Shown here: positions 1 to 12,583 of the stretch, piece by piece
How positions within the stretch are numbered: the stretch's first letter is position 1
Layout of the letters: each line of letters opens with the position of its first letter
Assembly (NCBI GenBank): GCA_039545335.1
Contig: BCIN01000001.1
Span: 3,227,136 to 3,291,135, forward strand
Reading direction: 5' to 3'
Length of the DNA stretch: 64,000 nt
Source: Kondoa subrosea
Taxonomy: Eukaryota
Program-made: the position numbers and the translations under genes
Notes under the pieces: generated by a model
The model's input: the letters and a program-made list of their open reading frames with translations, nothing else
The model's database searches: none
What the model was told of the DNA's origin: nothing

Positions 1-412
1 AGATAGCTTTAGATCGCTCTTCTTCTCGTTTTGGCTGAACAGGCTGCTGTACTACGGGAATGGACGAAGCAGGTACAGGAGCAGGTACAGGAGCAGGTAC
101 AGGTGTAGGAGGCCTTGATCTGCAATCTTGCTTTAGCCGACAGTTGCTGATGTAACTTGGCATTCAGACTCACCTGGGCTTCTCTTGCACTCCTGCAACG
201 TAGTCCAGCATGCTGCCTCTGTCCACTTGATAAGTAGCAGTGCCATAGTCCCACTGAGCAGGGCCTCTCATCTTCCTAGCCCAGAGCAATAACGAATTCC
301 AGCCTGCTGCATCCTTGTATCCTCGCTTGTCGCTGTCCGTCTTGTTCAAGAACTCTTCATTGGCTTGTGCTCGTGGTACCAAGATTGAAGTCACTGGCTT
401 CTCTGATCTCAT
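1..412 (-). CDS. Hypothetical protein, 5' part (continues beyond window start); Pro-rich PVPA repeats
   Basis: ORF 170-412 (GWNSLLLWARKMRGPAQWDYGTATYQVD) splices via GTGAG..TGCAG in frame to RSRPPTPVPAPVPAPVPASS. True start uncertain. Confidence 0.55.
68..110. repeat. 12-bp tandem repeat (gcaggtacagga) x~3.5, coding PVPA on the minus strand
   Basis: Directly visible in the sequence. Confidence 0.85.
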
Positions 413-481
413 CTAAGTCGTGGTCTTGCGCAAACAGGTCTTCCAACATCAACGACTCGATATCGCTAAGGAAGCCGTACA

Positions 482-1251
482 ATGGGACGCTCAGGTTGGA
501 CACTCGGCAGTACGATGACCCAAAGTATAGGCTGACAATTGAATATACAGGAATTCGAGGATACGCAAATGAAAGCAAACCTGAATCTGGGCCGCAAAAG
601 AAGCTGCTAGTACACTATTGTATATGTGGAGAGTTCGTTGTAAGCTCAGAGTGTTAGAGTGCTGCCTGAATGCGGCTGTCTAATAGTGGATATGCTTGCA
701 GCTGGTACTGGACCGACCATTGAAAGTATTACCCAGAAGACCAGTAGACGCATCGTATGTGCTCAGGAATAGAGACTCGAAAGTGGATCCGGAGAAGAAG
801 GCGCATGTATATAAGCTGAATGTGCGAGTAGAAAAGATTCCTGTTCTCGTACGCAGGTATGTCATGCATTTGGGCTGGCATACAGCTTACTGATGATACA
901 ACAGGCCGGAAGGGATAGAAAAGCTCTATAGAACGAGGTGTACACGATGTGTAAGTCTTCGCTTCCACGATTCCGAAGATCGCTCAACAGAATACAGGAT
1001 CTACATGTTGGCTGGGAAACGGTAGATCCTCAATTCATCAAGGAGAAGGGTGAGAAAGTGAAAGGCGACTACTCATATCTGCTCGATGTAAGCTTCCATC
1101 AATGCTTGCTTGGCGTCTGACAACATCTCAACAATCTGTACAGGGCGCACTGACGGAAACTCAAGCCAAACTACCGCCTACTGCCTTTGAAGAACGAGTG
1201 GGCATGTTCGCTGTGCAAGACAAAGCAGACGAAGTCATGCAAGAAGCATGA
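482..1251 (+). CDS. STEEP1/CXorf56 (UPF0428) homologue, multi-exon
   Basis: Spliced product LLVHYCICGEFV|LVLDRPLKVLPRRPVD...VLVRR|PEGIEKLYRTRCTR matches family motifs (YYC.CG..VLV.D..L..LP.RP.D; RRPEGIE). Confidence 0.8.
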
Positions 1252-1354
1252 AGATTTTGCCTCGACTCTATTCGCTTCTCAGATTGTTCTGGGCTGCTTG
1301 TATATTTGTGATGTATAGTAGGTTTTAGTCGTCAATCGATATTGTGGAGACGAT

Positions 1355-1603
1355 TCATCGCTTTGACCTCGAGCTCCTGTCTTCTACCTTTCCTTTTTCG
1401 CTTTCTTCCTCCTCTTTATGTTGGTCAAGCACATCAAATCCATTGAATATGGGAGCGTTCTTCTCACGTCTTGCTAGAATATCTTCCTGGATAGGCAAAG
1501 CGCTCGAGGTGTGCAGATTCTGCCTTCTCCGTATAAGCTGGGGATCTCAATCTGCCCCTCAGTTCTCGGTGTTGGCTATCGCAGATCTGCTCACTATGCT
1601 CAT
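1355..1603 (-). CDS. Putative small (63 aa) charged protein, 2 exons
   Basis: ATG AGC ATA|gtgagc..ccccag (intron 1538-1594) joins in frame to LIRRRQNLHTSS...SRSKR*. TA-rich element at 1691-1702 upstream. Confidence 0.4.
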
Positions 1604-2099
1604 TGGGGCTACTTTTGGTTGTCTATCCGGAACTTGTCTATGTCTAGCTAGTGAGGTCTAGCTTTTGCGCAGTGTCATTGAAGCTGATTTTATATATATA
1701 TAGGTATTTCATGCTGCTGCAATGCTTCAGATCCTCAACAAATCTATGGCAACGAACTCTTCTCCCTGCCCTCGCCTAATCAAGCGACGAAGAAGATGGA
1801 AGGTGCGCGAACGCGGAAAGCGACGAGCAAATGTTATAGCTGGATGAAGCCGCAAAAGAAGCAGAAGGCTATGATTGAGTAAATGAAACGTGTAGTGGTA
1901 TTATTGACGGCAGTGAAAGACCCTTTTCGTTTGCATTAGGTGAAAGACGTGTTTGGACTTTCATCCTGACTTGGCACTTGACAAAATACTTCTGTAATCT
2001 CTACTTTCTTCACATGCGGTGATAACAAAGATAGAAGTCTGAAGAGTGAATGATCTAATGCAAGTGTCTCTTATCTACAAGTGTTGATATATTTTGCTT

Positions 2100-4058
2100 C
2101 TATGCTGTCTGTGTGGCTGTCTCGGTCGATGCAGCAGCAATCAGATCTTCTGGTTGCGCTTCAGAATTTGCTCCCTTTATTTCATCTTCAGTCTGCGTAT
2201 GTTGTTTTGAAGCTTTGAGTTCATCCTTTGTGATTGTCCACGCCCATTCGGGATCATCTTCGCGTTCCGCGGGTCTTCCGAGCCATTGTGTAGGAGCACG
2301 AAGGGTCTTCAGAGCAGAAGACCAACTGTTCTCTTGCAACGAAGCCATTTCATTGCGCAGAGCCGTTGGGACGAATCTTCGAACAGCCCAATGAAGTCCA
2401 GCATGTGTCTTTCTTATACCTTCATCTGAGAAGGGTCGATCCATTTCCACATAGTAAGGAACGTCTTCCCGATCTTCTTCTGGTAAAGAAGCACTCTCGA
2501 CCGCATAAGCAAACTCGCGCTGTTCATCTTCCACAATCTTAAGGTATTCTTCACTTTCATTTGCACCAGGGACTTCACCGCACTCGCCGACATAGTTGCC
2601 AAAGTCGTCCATTTCACCCCAATAAAGATCTGGAATACCTTCCCAACCTTCAGCAACACCTTTCATCCCTTTCCCATGACCAAACAAATCAACAGCTTCT
2701 GGACCCCAACGTACTTCAATTCTTCTCTTCTCCTTTTCGATCCCATTCATCAATCGTTCACCATTCATCAATCTACCTAAATCTTCTTGATGAAACCTAA
2801 TACCAACAAATCCACCTTCTCCACCAGCTAAACATCTAGCCATATGTCTGATCAATCTTTGCAATCTATCAATCCTTAATCGCAGAAGTCTTCGAAAGAA
2901 AGAAGGACCATCTTTTCGATCTGGATTTGGAACAGAAGCGTAATAAGGTAAACCTCTTTCTAGACCTTTTTGAAGTCTTTTGATTGTTGCTGCTAGTGGT
3001 CTAGTAGGGAAAGTGAAGAGGAAAAGAGGTGTAAAGAATGGTGGATCGGTATAAGGTGGAAGCGGAACGTTGAGAGGTAGATGAGGTGAAGTGTCATCCC
3101 ATACTGGCCAAGCAGCGTTCCTCTTCTCTGGGATATGAGGTCGACGATACTCTTCTGGAGGGAAAACGTCTGGTGGTAAAGAAGCCAAGTAAGCTTCATG
3201 TTCTTCCAATGCTTTCACTCGGAGTTCTTGTCGTTCTTGTAACCATTCCGAACCTCCCCATAGAGCGTTCATTGCTGCTAATCGAGCTTCTTTGGCCATG
3301 GGCGGTAAAGATTTGGCTGCTGGTGTATAAGGTAAAGGTACTTTCGCTCTTTCTTTTTTCTTTTGCTTTCGGGTCAAGTTAGAGAACTTTCTCTGCCGTA
3401 CTTCCAAGCCTGTCGTCAGCGGAGGAGAGTCATCTTCAAGTTCTTGTTCTTCAGATTCTTCGTTCTCCTCTGCATCTTCTTCCTCTTCCTCTTGATTCTC
3501 GTTCATCCCAGCATCAGGATCAACAGCATTGCCGTTAAAGTGAGCTAAGATTTGCTTGAAGTTCCTTTCTGAACACATGCCAGTCTCAAAAACTCGAGCA
3601 GTAGCAGTGCCATGACCTTGCCAAACTGGATATCTTGAGATGAATCCGTAAACACAATGAGGTGTGTAAGCGTTAGCTGGAGGTTTTCTTTCCGGTCTAG
3701 GTCTTTTAGTATAGAAATGGGTATCCAGACGATCCAGAGTTCTCAATTTCTGAGGAACAGTGAAACCACCCATGTAGACTTTAACGGGTGTAAGAGCAGC
3801 AGTGATGTCCATTCGCTCTTGCCTTTCTGCTCGAGCTGTTCTGTCATCTTCAATCCTTTGCTTTTGCTCGTCTGTCAATGGCAAAGGTTCGCGCTCTTCT
3901 TCAATGATGCCGAAAGGTTTGTGACGAGCACCAGGTCGAGGTGGTATCCTTTGACCTGATGCTGTGTACTTGGATTTAGCTGATCGAGGTGCAGAAGTAC
4001 ATAGACAGCAAATTTGAGATTTGGGCAGAAAGAGAGCCTTTGAGGAGGAGATGAGCAT
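2100..4058 (-). CDS. Hypothetical 652-aa protein, possibly mitochondrially targeted
   Basis: Uninterrupted long ORF with an Ser/Lys/Arg-rich, acid-free N-terminus and an internal poly-Glu tract. No domain recognised. Confidence 0.75.
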   Translation of the reverse strand: MLISSSKALFLPKSQICCLCTSAPRSAKSKYTASGQRIPPRPGARHKPFGIIEEEREPLPLTDEQKQRIEDDRTARAERQERMDITAALTPVKVYMGGFTVPQKLRTLDRLDTHFYTKRPRPERKPPANAYTPHCVYGFISRYPVWQGHGTATARVFETGMCSERNFKQILAHFNGNAVDPDAGMNENQEEEEEDAEENEESEEQELEDDSPPLTTGLEVRQRKFSNLTRKQKKKERAKVPLPYTPAAKSLPPMAKEARLAAMNALWGGSEWLQERQELRVKALEEHEAYLASLPPDVFPPEEYRRPHIPEKRNAAWPVWDDTSPHLPLNVPLPPYTDPPFFTPLFLFTFPTRPLAATIKRLQKGLERGLPYYASVPNPDRKDGPSFFRRLLRLRIDRLQRLIRHMARCLAGGEGGFVGIRFHQEDLGRLMNGERLMNGIEKEKRRIEVRWGPEAVDLFGHGKGMKGVAEGWEGIPDLYWGEMDDFGNYVGECGEVPGANESEEYLKIVEDEQREFAYAVESASLPEEDREDVPYYVEMDRPFSDEGIRKTHAGLHWAVRRFVPTALRNEMASLQENSWSSALKTLRAPTQWLGRPAEREDDPEWAWTITKDELKASKQHTQTEDEIKGANSEAQPEDLIAAASTETATQTA

Positions 4059-4313
4059 CCAAAGACTGGTCTGAACTTCTTCGATCAGCCTTTATCAATA
4101 GGTGATTAGGCCGTAGCGCACCTTTACTGTTGACAATTTGGCTGACGGTGTCCAAGCCTGAATTCGCTTGATATGCTTGACCACGATCTGCCACTCGTGC
4201 AGTATACCAGTACGCCAAGTAGATATGTCTAACAGCTACAGCCTGCAAATGATGTGCCCTTCTTCAGCTCCATAATCGCGCTGCTTCAAATCTGTTGGAA
4301 GACCCCAGAAGTC

Positions 4314-6147
4314 ATGGTTTCTTCCGCGAGCAAAGGCAAAGGACGACGTGTCGTGATTGATCTGGATGAAACGGACGATAGCGATATTGAAGTGCTCACG
4401 CCTGTGCGAAGCAAGAAGGCATTCGTCGATTTGACACTATTGTCCGACGAAGAGACAGAGAATCTAGTAACACCCGTTGCAAGCACTTCCAAAGTCACTC
4501 TGGATGATCCTCTACCGGCTTCAGGTATTCCTACTTCAGTGGTACACGATTTGGCAAAGGTAGAATTGGCAAACTTCAAAGAGATAGCAGTCATATTGGC
4601 TTCTGGTGACGATGTGCCCGTGCCCACGCAGCTGTTTTCTTTCAAAGAGGGTAAATCATCTTCTTTCGCTTTATGGTTCGCATTGAACAGCTGTCGTAAA
4701 ATAGTCCGAAAGTTCTATGCCGACAAGCTCGATTCTGTTGTACTCTCGCCAGCTAGCAAGATACATCTTGAATCGCTACTAAGCAATTGGGACTTCACAC
4801 TGCCCAAAACACAATCTCATCCTCTTCTATTCAGCTTGAATCGCATAACGATATATACCGCTCGACCTAGCGCTTTGACCGCGCCTCATCTTTTCCTCTC
4901 TTCCGACCAACTCGAGATCTTGGCTCGTCAAGCTGCTCTTTTCACTTCTAATCCTCAAGATTACTTATCTTGGTACCCACCTCCTTCTCTCAAGAACGCA
5001 GAAGGCTATCTTACACCTACTCTCCGTAAAGTACCGGAAGGGTCATTCAAAACTTGGATCAGGACTGAAGCTCTTCGTGAAGTCATACTATCTTCTTCTC
5101 CTCCTCCTTCAGCAAAGAAAAAGAAAGCAACCTCTTCTCCTGTATTACGTAAATCAATCCGATTAGCGAAAAATGGAGCTCGATCGGGAAAAACTAATCC
5201 CGTGGTCATCAAGAAGAAGACGATTTCAGTCTTTGCTAGAAAACCTCTTATTGCGAAAATCAAGATCCCTTCTTTCGCTAAACTGAAAGGAAAGAAACAA
5301 ATTCTGAAGTTGAAAGTCAAACCACCTAGATTGGAAGCAAATGATGCGTACTTGAAAGCTTCCCGAGTACTTTACGATCAAATGAGAAGTGAAGGTGGAA
5401 TTGTTGTCAGTGTTGATACGGAAGGATGGCAGGCGCAATGCGCTGGTGCTGTCACTCAAGTTGGGTTGGAATACGAAGCGTTTAGGAAAGAGGGAGATAA
5501 AATTAAGAGACAAGTTGGAGCAAGACATTGCATCATCAAAGAGTACAACTGTAAGTTCACTATTGACTAGTAAAGCAATATCTGATCTGAGGGCTTTGGA
5601 TCGTTATAGACAAGACTGTCAAAGACTTCAAGCTAGGCGACTCGGAAGATGTATCTCTAGCGCAAGCAAAGAAGATCACTTTCGATCTTCTTGGTGATCT
5701 CGAGAAACCAGTCATTCTTCTCGCTCACGCTCATGATGCCGAAACGCAAATGCTTCAACTCGTAATGGATTTCGAGCCTGAAAAGATCCATTGGCTAGCT
5801 GCTTTCCCTCGGCATACTTTTCCAGCTGGGAAAGTCATCTTAGTCGACACTCAAGTTCTACTTAGGTCTTTGAAACTTCCAAATCAGCAGTTGGGTCTTA
5901 AGAAAGCTTGCGAATGGATGGGTCTTCCAGTTAGAGATGGTTATCACAATGCTGGCATGTTCTTTAGCTAGTCTAGGGTTTCTCTGGCTCATCGAGTTCA
6001 ACAGCCAATGATGCTTTTTATACTCTCAATTTGTTTCGGAAGATCATGGAGCATACTAAAGTGGAGAAACTGGTACCTGACAGTCCTTACAGAGGTCAGA
6101 GCGTGTATAAAGTAGCTGCCGATGGAGTTTTAGTACTGTTGGATTGA
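4314..6147 (+). CDS. DEDDh 3'-5' exonuclease, Gfd2/YDR514C/QIP-like C-terminal domain, with N-terminal SIM-like motifs
   Basis: Exo motifs VSVDTEGW, LAHAHDAE, LVDTQ and HNAANDAFYTL, the last reconstructed across a GC-AG intron at 5955-6004. Confidence 0.75.
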
Positions 6148-6390
6148 GTTATGTCTCGCGTTCGTAAAGTTTTGGTATGTAGTTCCGTTTGCTGGATCCT
6201 TATGTAATTGATTCAACTGCTTAGCGTTCAGATATATAGTTCTATATAGCTCTATTGGGCTCGAAGTATCGTCCTCTGCGGAAAAGTTCCCCTTTGTTTC
6301 AACTTGCTCAAGAAGTTGCCAGCGTTTTCCCTCTTTGGCTCTTTCCTATTGCTTTCTGCTTTATTTCAAGTTCACTTGAATTCTTCCCGC

Positions 6391-8586
6391 ATGTATCTGA
6401 TCCTCGAAGGCCCGACAGGGTACCGACCGCCGCCAGACTACAATTATAATATAGCAGGTCTTTCAGATAGGAATTCATTCTTCCGATACTATTTACCTCA
6501 AACATTGGAGCATGTGGTGCTGTTGGATAATACCACCATATTTGAGATCACTCGGCAGATTGGCGGTATCTTCAATTGGGTCAAGCTATCTGTCGTTGTC
6601 GATCACCCCAATGATGCGACCTATCAGGCATTGCGCAATGCCAGAGCTCTTATGGCCCGTACGAGACGCTATCTACATGTTCTTCATCTATTCATCAATC
6701 ATAATCATCGATATACAATGCCGACTGCTGATGAATTCCACACGTTCGTTGTAAACCAAGCTACAAGATCCTCTTTGTTGGCTCGTGGATTTCATCCCGA
6801 CTCGCTTCTGATGTATCCGATGCTTCATCAAGCCATGCAAAACTGTGTCAAGCACCACCAGCCCAAGAATTTCTACGAATCCTTTATGTTTCTGACTAGA
6901 CGCCAGGTGCTCGAAACTATCGGCGGAACATTCTATCATAACATTCATCCGACAGTTCTGTTTCTTCTTGCCTCAGACGGCGGTTACTGCCATCTTGACT
7001 TTGATCAACAAGCGACTAGGGATGTTGATGCAGCAGAAGATGAAAATGTGCGCGAGTTGCTGGTTTCACAGAATAGAGACAGCTCAAACGATCAACAATT
7101 GCTGCCGTGGAATCGCTCAACCTTGTGCCGTCATATTCTCGAAGTTGCTTTAAATTCGACTACCGTCGTTCGCCTCTCGGACACAAAGTATTACCGTTTC
7201 TCGAGCTCATCCGCTCGCGATTCGCTGAATATGGCAGAAACTTATATTGCAGCCGGCACCCAGATTGAGACCGCGAATACGCAAAATCGGCGCAGGCCAA
7301 TGCTCTGTGCGCACTTGTTCTTTGAGGCAAGAGATGGAAAGCCGAGAGGATTCCTTGGAGCGCAGATCAAGACACAGAATGAAGCAATGAAGTGCGTTTC
7401 AAGATCTGGCGGAGAACAGTTTAGTTTCTGTCCCGGCGAGTATGTTTCCTCTCTGTCCCTCTATTGGTCATCAGTCTAAGGCTTGAGCAGTATGCTCAGT
7501 ATATTCGAGACTCATCCAGATAACCAGAATTCTATAAGTCATCGGGCAATGGTGGCTTCTCATCCTACAAGCAGGGCGGCCGCAGATATGCTTTGCTTTT
7601 CTCTCGATGGGTGGTCGGGTCCTAGAGGTTCTCTTCAAGTGGCTCCCATATTCAGTGTATCGCATTGGATGCGGACCTTGGTAATCTCTCAATTCCGGTT
7701 TTGTCGTGTGGCTAACAAAATTGTAGGTCTATGTACAAGTCTACCGCGCACCTTGGTTTCAGCACTACTATGCGCGCGATTCTGACCAACCCACTGTGCC
7801 CATTTGGGACGACCAGCAATTTGCAACATGTCTAAGTACGTTGCAAGTTGCGTCTCAGCTGTAACACCCTAAAGCAAAGTCCAAACAGACACCATGCTTG
7901 TCCCGCACAGACCGCCGCCGCCCCCGAATCGACCACAGACAAGAGTACACGGCGAATTGCCTGACACAAGTCATACTGTGCCGCCAAATCAGCTACCTTT
8001 TGCTTTTACCAGTGAGCGCAATGCAAGAGAAATTCTCATGAGCTGATGACTATGCAGCAACGTCGCGCACGCCCCTGCCAGCAATCTATCAGGTGCATCC
8101 AGCAATGTATCGACCACCGTCAGCTGCTAGTGTTGCTTCGTCTCTGCATAGATCGACATCACACCCAGGTCTGGCTCGATTACACTCAATAGGTAAGACA
8201 ATCACTTAGTGTACATTGCGCTGTGCTGATGCTCGTAGTAGCGTCAGCTCGTGCACCACCGTCTTCCGCGCAAGATGACACTTTCGCTCACCGTACTCCG
8301 CACGTCACATCACCAGACTATTTCAATCGACCTATATTGCCTCACCTTCCGCAAGGACTGCCAAATGGCATAGCCGCACCTGTTGCGCGCAGACCAGGCC
8401 AGAGGACTGGTCTCCTTGTGAGCTTTCTGCCTACAGAACCTTTGTCAAACTGAGCGTACTGATATCTAGCCTCCTGGAGCATCGACTGTACATGCTGGTG
8501 TCACTAGGCCAGTAGTACATGAAGCTCCTTCGCCGCCGCGATACAACCTGAGAGACTCAGGCAAACGATTCAAATCAAAGAGATAG
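6391..8586 (+). CDS. Orphan/hypothetical multi-exon protein with Pro-rich C-terminal half
   Basis: ~350-codon first exon followed by GT-AG-bounded exons ending RDSGKRFKSKR*. TATA-like repeats at 6232-6250. Confidence 0.6.
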
Positions 8587-8927
8587 AGCAAACGCGTCTG
8601 ATTATTGTAATACCAGAAGCAGTAGGCCATTGCCGTAAATATCTCGACGGGCTTCGAGATGATCAATATTTGTGCCCGCTTGTTGACCTAGAAGAGTGAC
8701 TGCGTTTCCAGGTTGCCGGTCTGACTTTCTTTTGCGCCTCGTCTGCCTCACTGCATTTGTACCATCAGCTATCTTTAGCATCTCTTGCCAAAGCAGGCGC
8801 AAACTGGCATCAAAAGCAAGAGTCTGCTCTTATTGGCCCTTAGCGAAGAGCTAGACAAGCAACTGACTGCATCTGCACCGAGTCACCGCTCCTCTCCCTA
8901 CCTTCTTCCTGTCTTCTTGGAGACTAG

Positions 8928-11900
8928 ATGCCTCCCAATTTCAATAGCCATGTGCGTTCACGGGATGTTTCTGACACCGAAGACGAAGCTTCATCATCTC
9001 AAGATCTTGTCGCACCACCAGCAGGCTTCCTAGCCAAAGTCCGGAAAGAGGTTAGCCCGCAGCTCGAACTGAAAGAGCTGATGCGAGCATGGGACAATGT
9101 CGAAGGAACTTCTCAAGAGAGAGTACCAAAATGCATTCAGTATCTCAAAGACGCCCGTAAACCCAAATCAGTAACAAAGAAACGAAAAGCGGGTTCTCAA
9201 AACGCTACCATGGTGAACGATTCATCGACTGACAGCGATGTCGAAGTCATGCTTTCCAAAACACAACCGAAAGCTGGTCCATCAGCCAAAAAGAAGGCCA
9301 AAGCACCAGCAGCGAAAGCTAAAGGCAAAGAAACTCAAGTCATTTCACTACTCGACGGCTCTTCCGACGAAGAAAACGTCGCTTTGGCTGTCTTAGCTAG
9401 CAAATCTAAAGGCAAGCAACGAGCTGTCGAATGTGCACAACCTATTGCAGGTCCATCAACCCACAAGAAAGCCAGGCATTCTATTATTGATGTCTATGCT
9501 TCACCCAAACAAGAACTGAAACAAAACCCTACCAATACTGCCGAACCATCAAAGAAGAAGGCAAGAAAATCAGATGAACCGATTACAAGATTAACGCTTG
9601 ACCCTGATGAAATACCCTTCCTGCCTCCACTTGCTAGCTCGTCAAGAGTGCCTCCTGCGACTCTAGTTCCGGCACCTGCACCCATGGCTGGTCCATCGAA
9701 GCAGAATAACAACCAGGGTGAAATAGCCCACTTGACTGCTATCTTTCCAGATGTATGTACTCCTTGAATCACTTGAGTCAGAAACAAGCTAATTTGTTTC
9801 GGAAGATCTATACCACCTTTGTCCAGCAATTGATTGATGCTCCGCAATTTAAAGATCAAGCCAACAAGATGGATCTGATTGCAGAACATATCTTTGACTT
9901 GAACGGCGAATATCCAAAACAAGCCATTCCAGCCAGCCTCAAAGGTAAAGGCAAAGCTACCAATCAAAGCTCTAGTCCTTCTGGAAAGAAACGCAAACGG
10001 GATGAGGAAGAGGAAGAAGAAGAACAATTGGATCCAGCTATTGTTGCGGAAGAGCCCACCTGGATGAGCATTCATCAACGCAAAAAGAAGAGTAAAGATT
10101 ACGAAACGCTTGCAGTCAATTATCTTTGCGATCAATTTCCTACCACTCCTAAACCTCATATTCGCAAGGTGTTTATCCAGAATTCACGCTTTTATGCTCC
10201 TGCATTCTTTGAATTGTATGGAGATTCGATCGCTAAACCTCCGAAACACAAAGCTCTCGATAAAGCTCGCGGTGGTAATTCAACCACGACTATCTTTGAC
10301 GCGGATTTCACGAAGGAAGCTGCTTGGGTGAAATCGAAACATGGTTAGCTCATTAAACACGATTTTTGTGCTTTTCAGAACAGCCACGATTGAATGCGTA
10401 TTCCTTTTCTTACAGAGTATACTCTACGCGTCAAAGCTGTCAAAGATGCAAAAGAAGCCAGAATCAAAGCTATTGCGGATGAAAAAGCAGCTAGAGAGAA
10501 AGCGGAGAAAGAAGCGATTGAAGCTGCTGACGCAAAAGCTGAAGCTAGTGGAGAGGTCTTCGAGTGTGGATGTTGTTTCTGCGAGCATCCTTTCAGGGTA
10601 AGCTGTTTGGCTGTCAGATCTGGCACGGATTATTCTCACAGGTCAGAAAGGTGGTAGTGCAATGCACCGAGGTGAGTGTGAGCCAAAGGTGCCCTCACAT
10701 GGGCTAATTGATATGTAGGGTCATCTCTTCTGTATGGATTGCGTTCGAAGAGCCACGGAAGCAGTGGTTGGTGACCGCAAAGTCGTAAGCTGGTTTAGGC
10801 AATTCCCAACGTGGAATTACTGATTCATTACTCAGAATGTTCAATGCATGCATGGCGACGGATGTGATGAGGTCTTTCCCAACAGCGAATTGCAACGATT
10901 TTTGCGAACCGAAACTTTCGAATTGTTGGAACGAATCAGACAAGAGCAATCATTGGCCGCTGCTGAGCTCTCACTCTCCGAGTGCCCTTTCTGCCCGTAT
11001 GCATGTATTAGTGAGTCTGTTTGCGAACGTGGCTGTGTTTGTCGACTGAGGTCTCTTATAGTTGAAGATCCCAACGAGCGCCTTTTCAGTTGCCAGAGAG
11101 ACGAATGCGGTAAAGTCTCCTGCAGAGAATGCAAGAAGGAGAATCACTTGCCAAAGACCTGCAAAGAAATGGATCAGGATGCCAAACTCGATCAATTGCA
11201 TACCGTGGCAGAGCGAATGACGGCGGCGCTGATCAGGAATTGCCGCACGTTCTCTTCCTATTTACGCGAATCTTGCTCATATTTTGCACCGCTAGCCAAC
11301 CCAAGCTGCAAGAAACCTTTCGTCAAGGAGTATGGTGTAAGCACAGTGTCAGAGACTCGCTTAATCAGCGCTGAGAGTTACGCACCAGTGTAATAAGATG
11401 ACATGCAGTTCATGTGGAACTCTCAGCTGCTTCATCTGTAAGCTTCAGTCAACTCCTTTTCAGCGGATTTTAAGGCTTCAAACAGGCGGCAAGAAAGTCT
11501 CAGGCTATGGTCATTTCGTAGATGGGTCAGTTCCCAATCATCACCTCAGTCTTTAGTATTCATCCATTCCGCAGCGGAGGAAACCAAATTCCACAACCTG
11601 GTAGCTCTCGCGAACGTAGTACCGGTTGCGTATTGCATGATGATACTGAGGCACGCATACGTAAGTCCTGTCACATGCGACGCTTGTAGGTTGCCTGATC
11701 TGGCAAATAGGTCGCGACATTGAAAAGGCTCAGAAAGAGGCAGCCGAGACGGCCAAACAAGCTAATCCAGCAATCAATGACGAGGATGTTGCAAGTTTGA
11801 ATTTGGCAGTACGTTTGCCATCAGTTCCTATAAGAGAATAACGCTAATTCATCCTTCAGCCCGGTCCTGCGCCAATTCCTCGGCCTGGTCATGCCTATGC

Positions 11901-12361
11901 GCCAGTTCCTCAGCCTCGAGGCGGTGGACTGGCAGGTCGCCTTCATCGAGCACTTCATGCTCCAGTATTCGCCCAACCTCAGCAATTGGATCGAGTTCAA
12001 AGATTGGAACAAAACGTCGCAGCTTTCCAGAATGAAGTCAATGCCTATCAAGTCCATCTAGCAAACAATCCTGCCATGGCAAATCACATCCAACCAGCTT
12101 TGCAACAAGCTCAACTGCGTTTGCAACAGACTCAAGCTCAACTTCGAGTGGAACAGCTTCAACAGCAGCGTTTAGCAATTCAGCAACAGCAAGCTCTTGT
12201 AAGACAGTATGGCATCAACGCGCCGAGAAATCCGCAGTACGAGGCGATGATTCAGCTTCAACAGCAGTATGTCACCTTGTTTTGAAGTATACAACGTGCT
12301 TACTGAATAATTTTACAGAGCTGCTCTTGATCAGCAAAGACGATTGGGCTTGATTCCCTGA
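8928..12361 (+). CDS. RBR (RING-IBR-RING) E3 ubiquitin ligase, RNF216/TRIAD3-like
   Basis: RING1 ECGCCF..QC.EGHLFCMDC, IBR ECPFCPY..CQRDECGKVSCRECKKENHLPKTC, and RING2 CPNPSCKKPFVKEYGCNKMTCSSCGTLSCFIC. Gln-rich C-terminus. Confidence 0.9.
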
Positions 12362-12583
12362 AGTACAACTCAAAAACAGTAATGTATAGCATTTTAAATT
12401 AGCATTGTCATTGTACTGCGAGCTCTAATTTCAAAATTCAATGTTGCTATTGCAATTCCTTCAACTTTGTTTTCCCCTAGTGTACATTGCTGTTAAGACC
12501 CAAATGCATTGTGAAGACTCCCATAGCATGTTGCATTTACTCAGAACTGCGCGTAAAGTTAGAATTATCAGTGTTCCAGCTCA

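Noticed and set aside
4314..6147. RNase H-fold motifs as a transposase/integrase
   Set aside because: Motifs are DEDDh exonuclease type, the gene has introns, and no TIR, LTR or TSD was seen.
9494..10159. 221-aa antisense ORF, and similar ones (e.g. 62039-62707, 14887-15507, 60920-61432)
   Set aside because: Shadow or alternate-frame ORFs over real coding exons, with no recognisable motifs.
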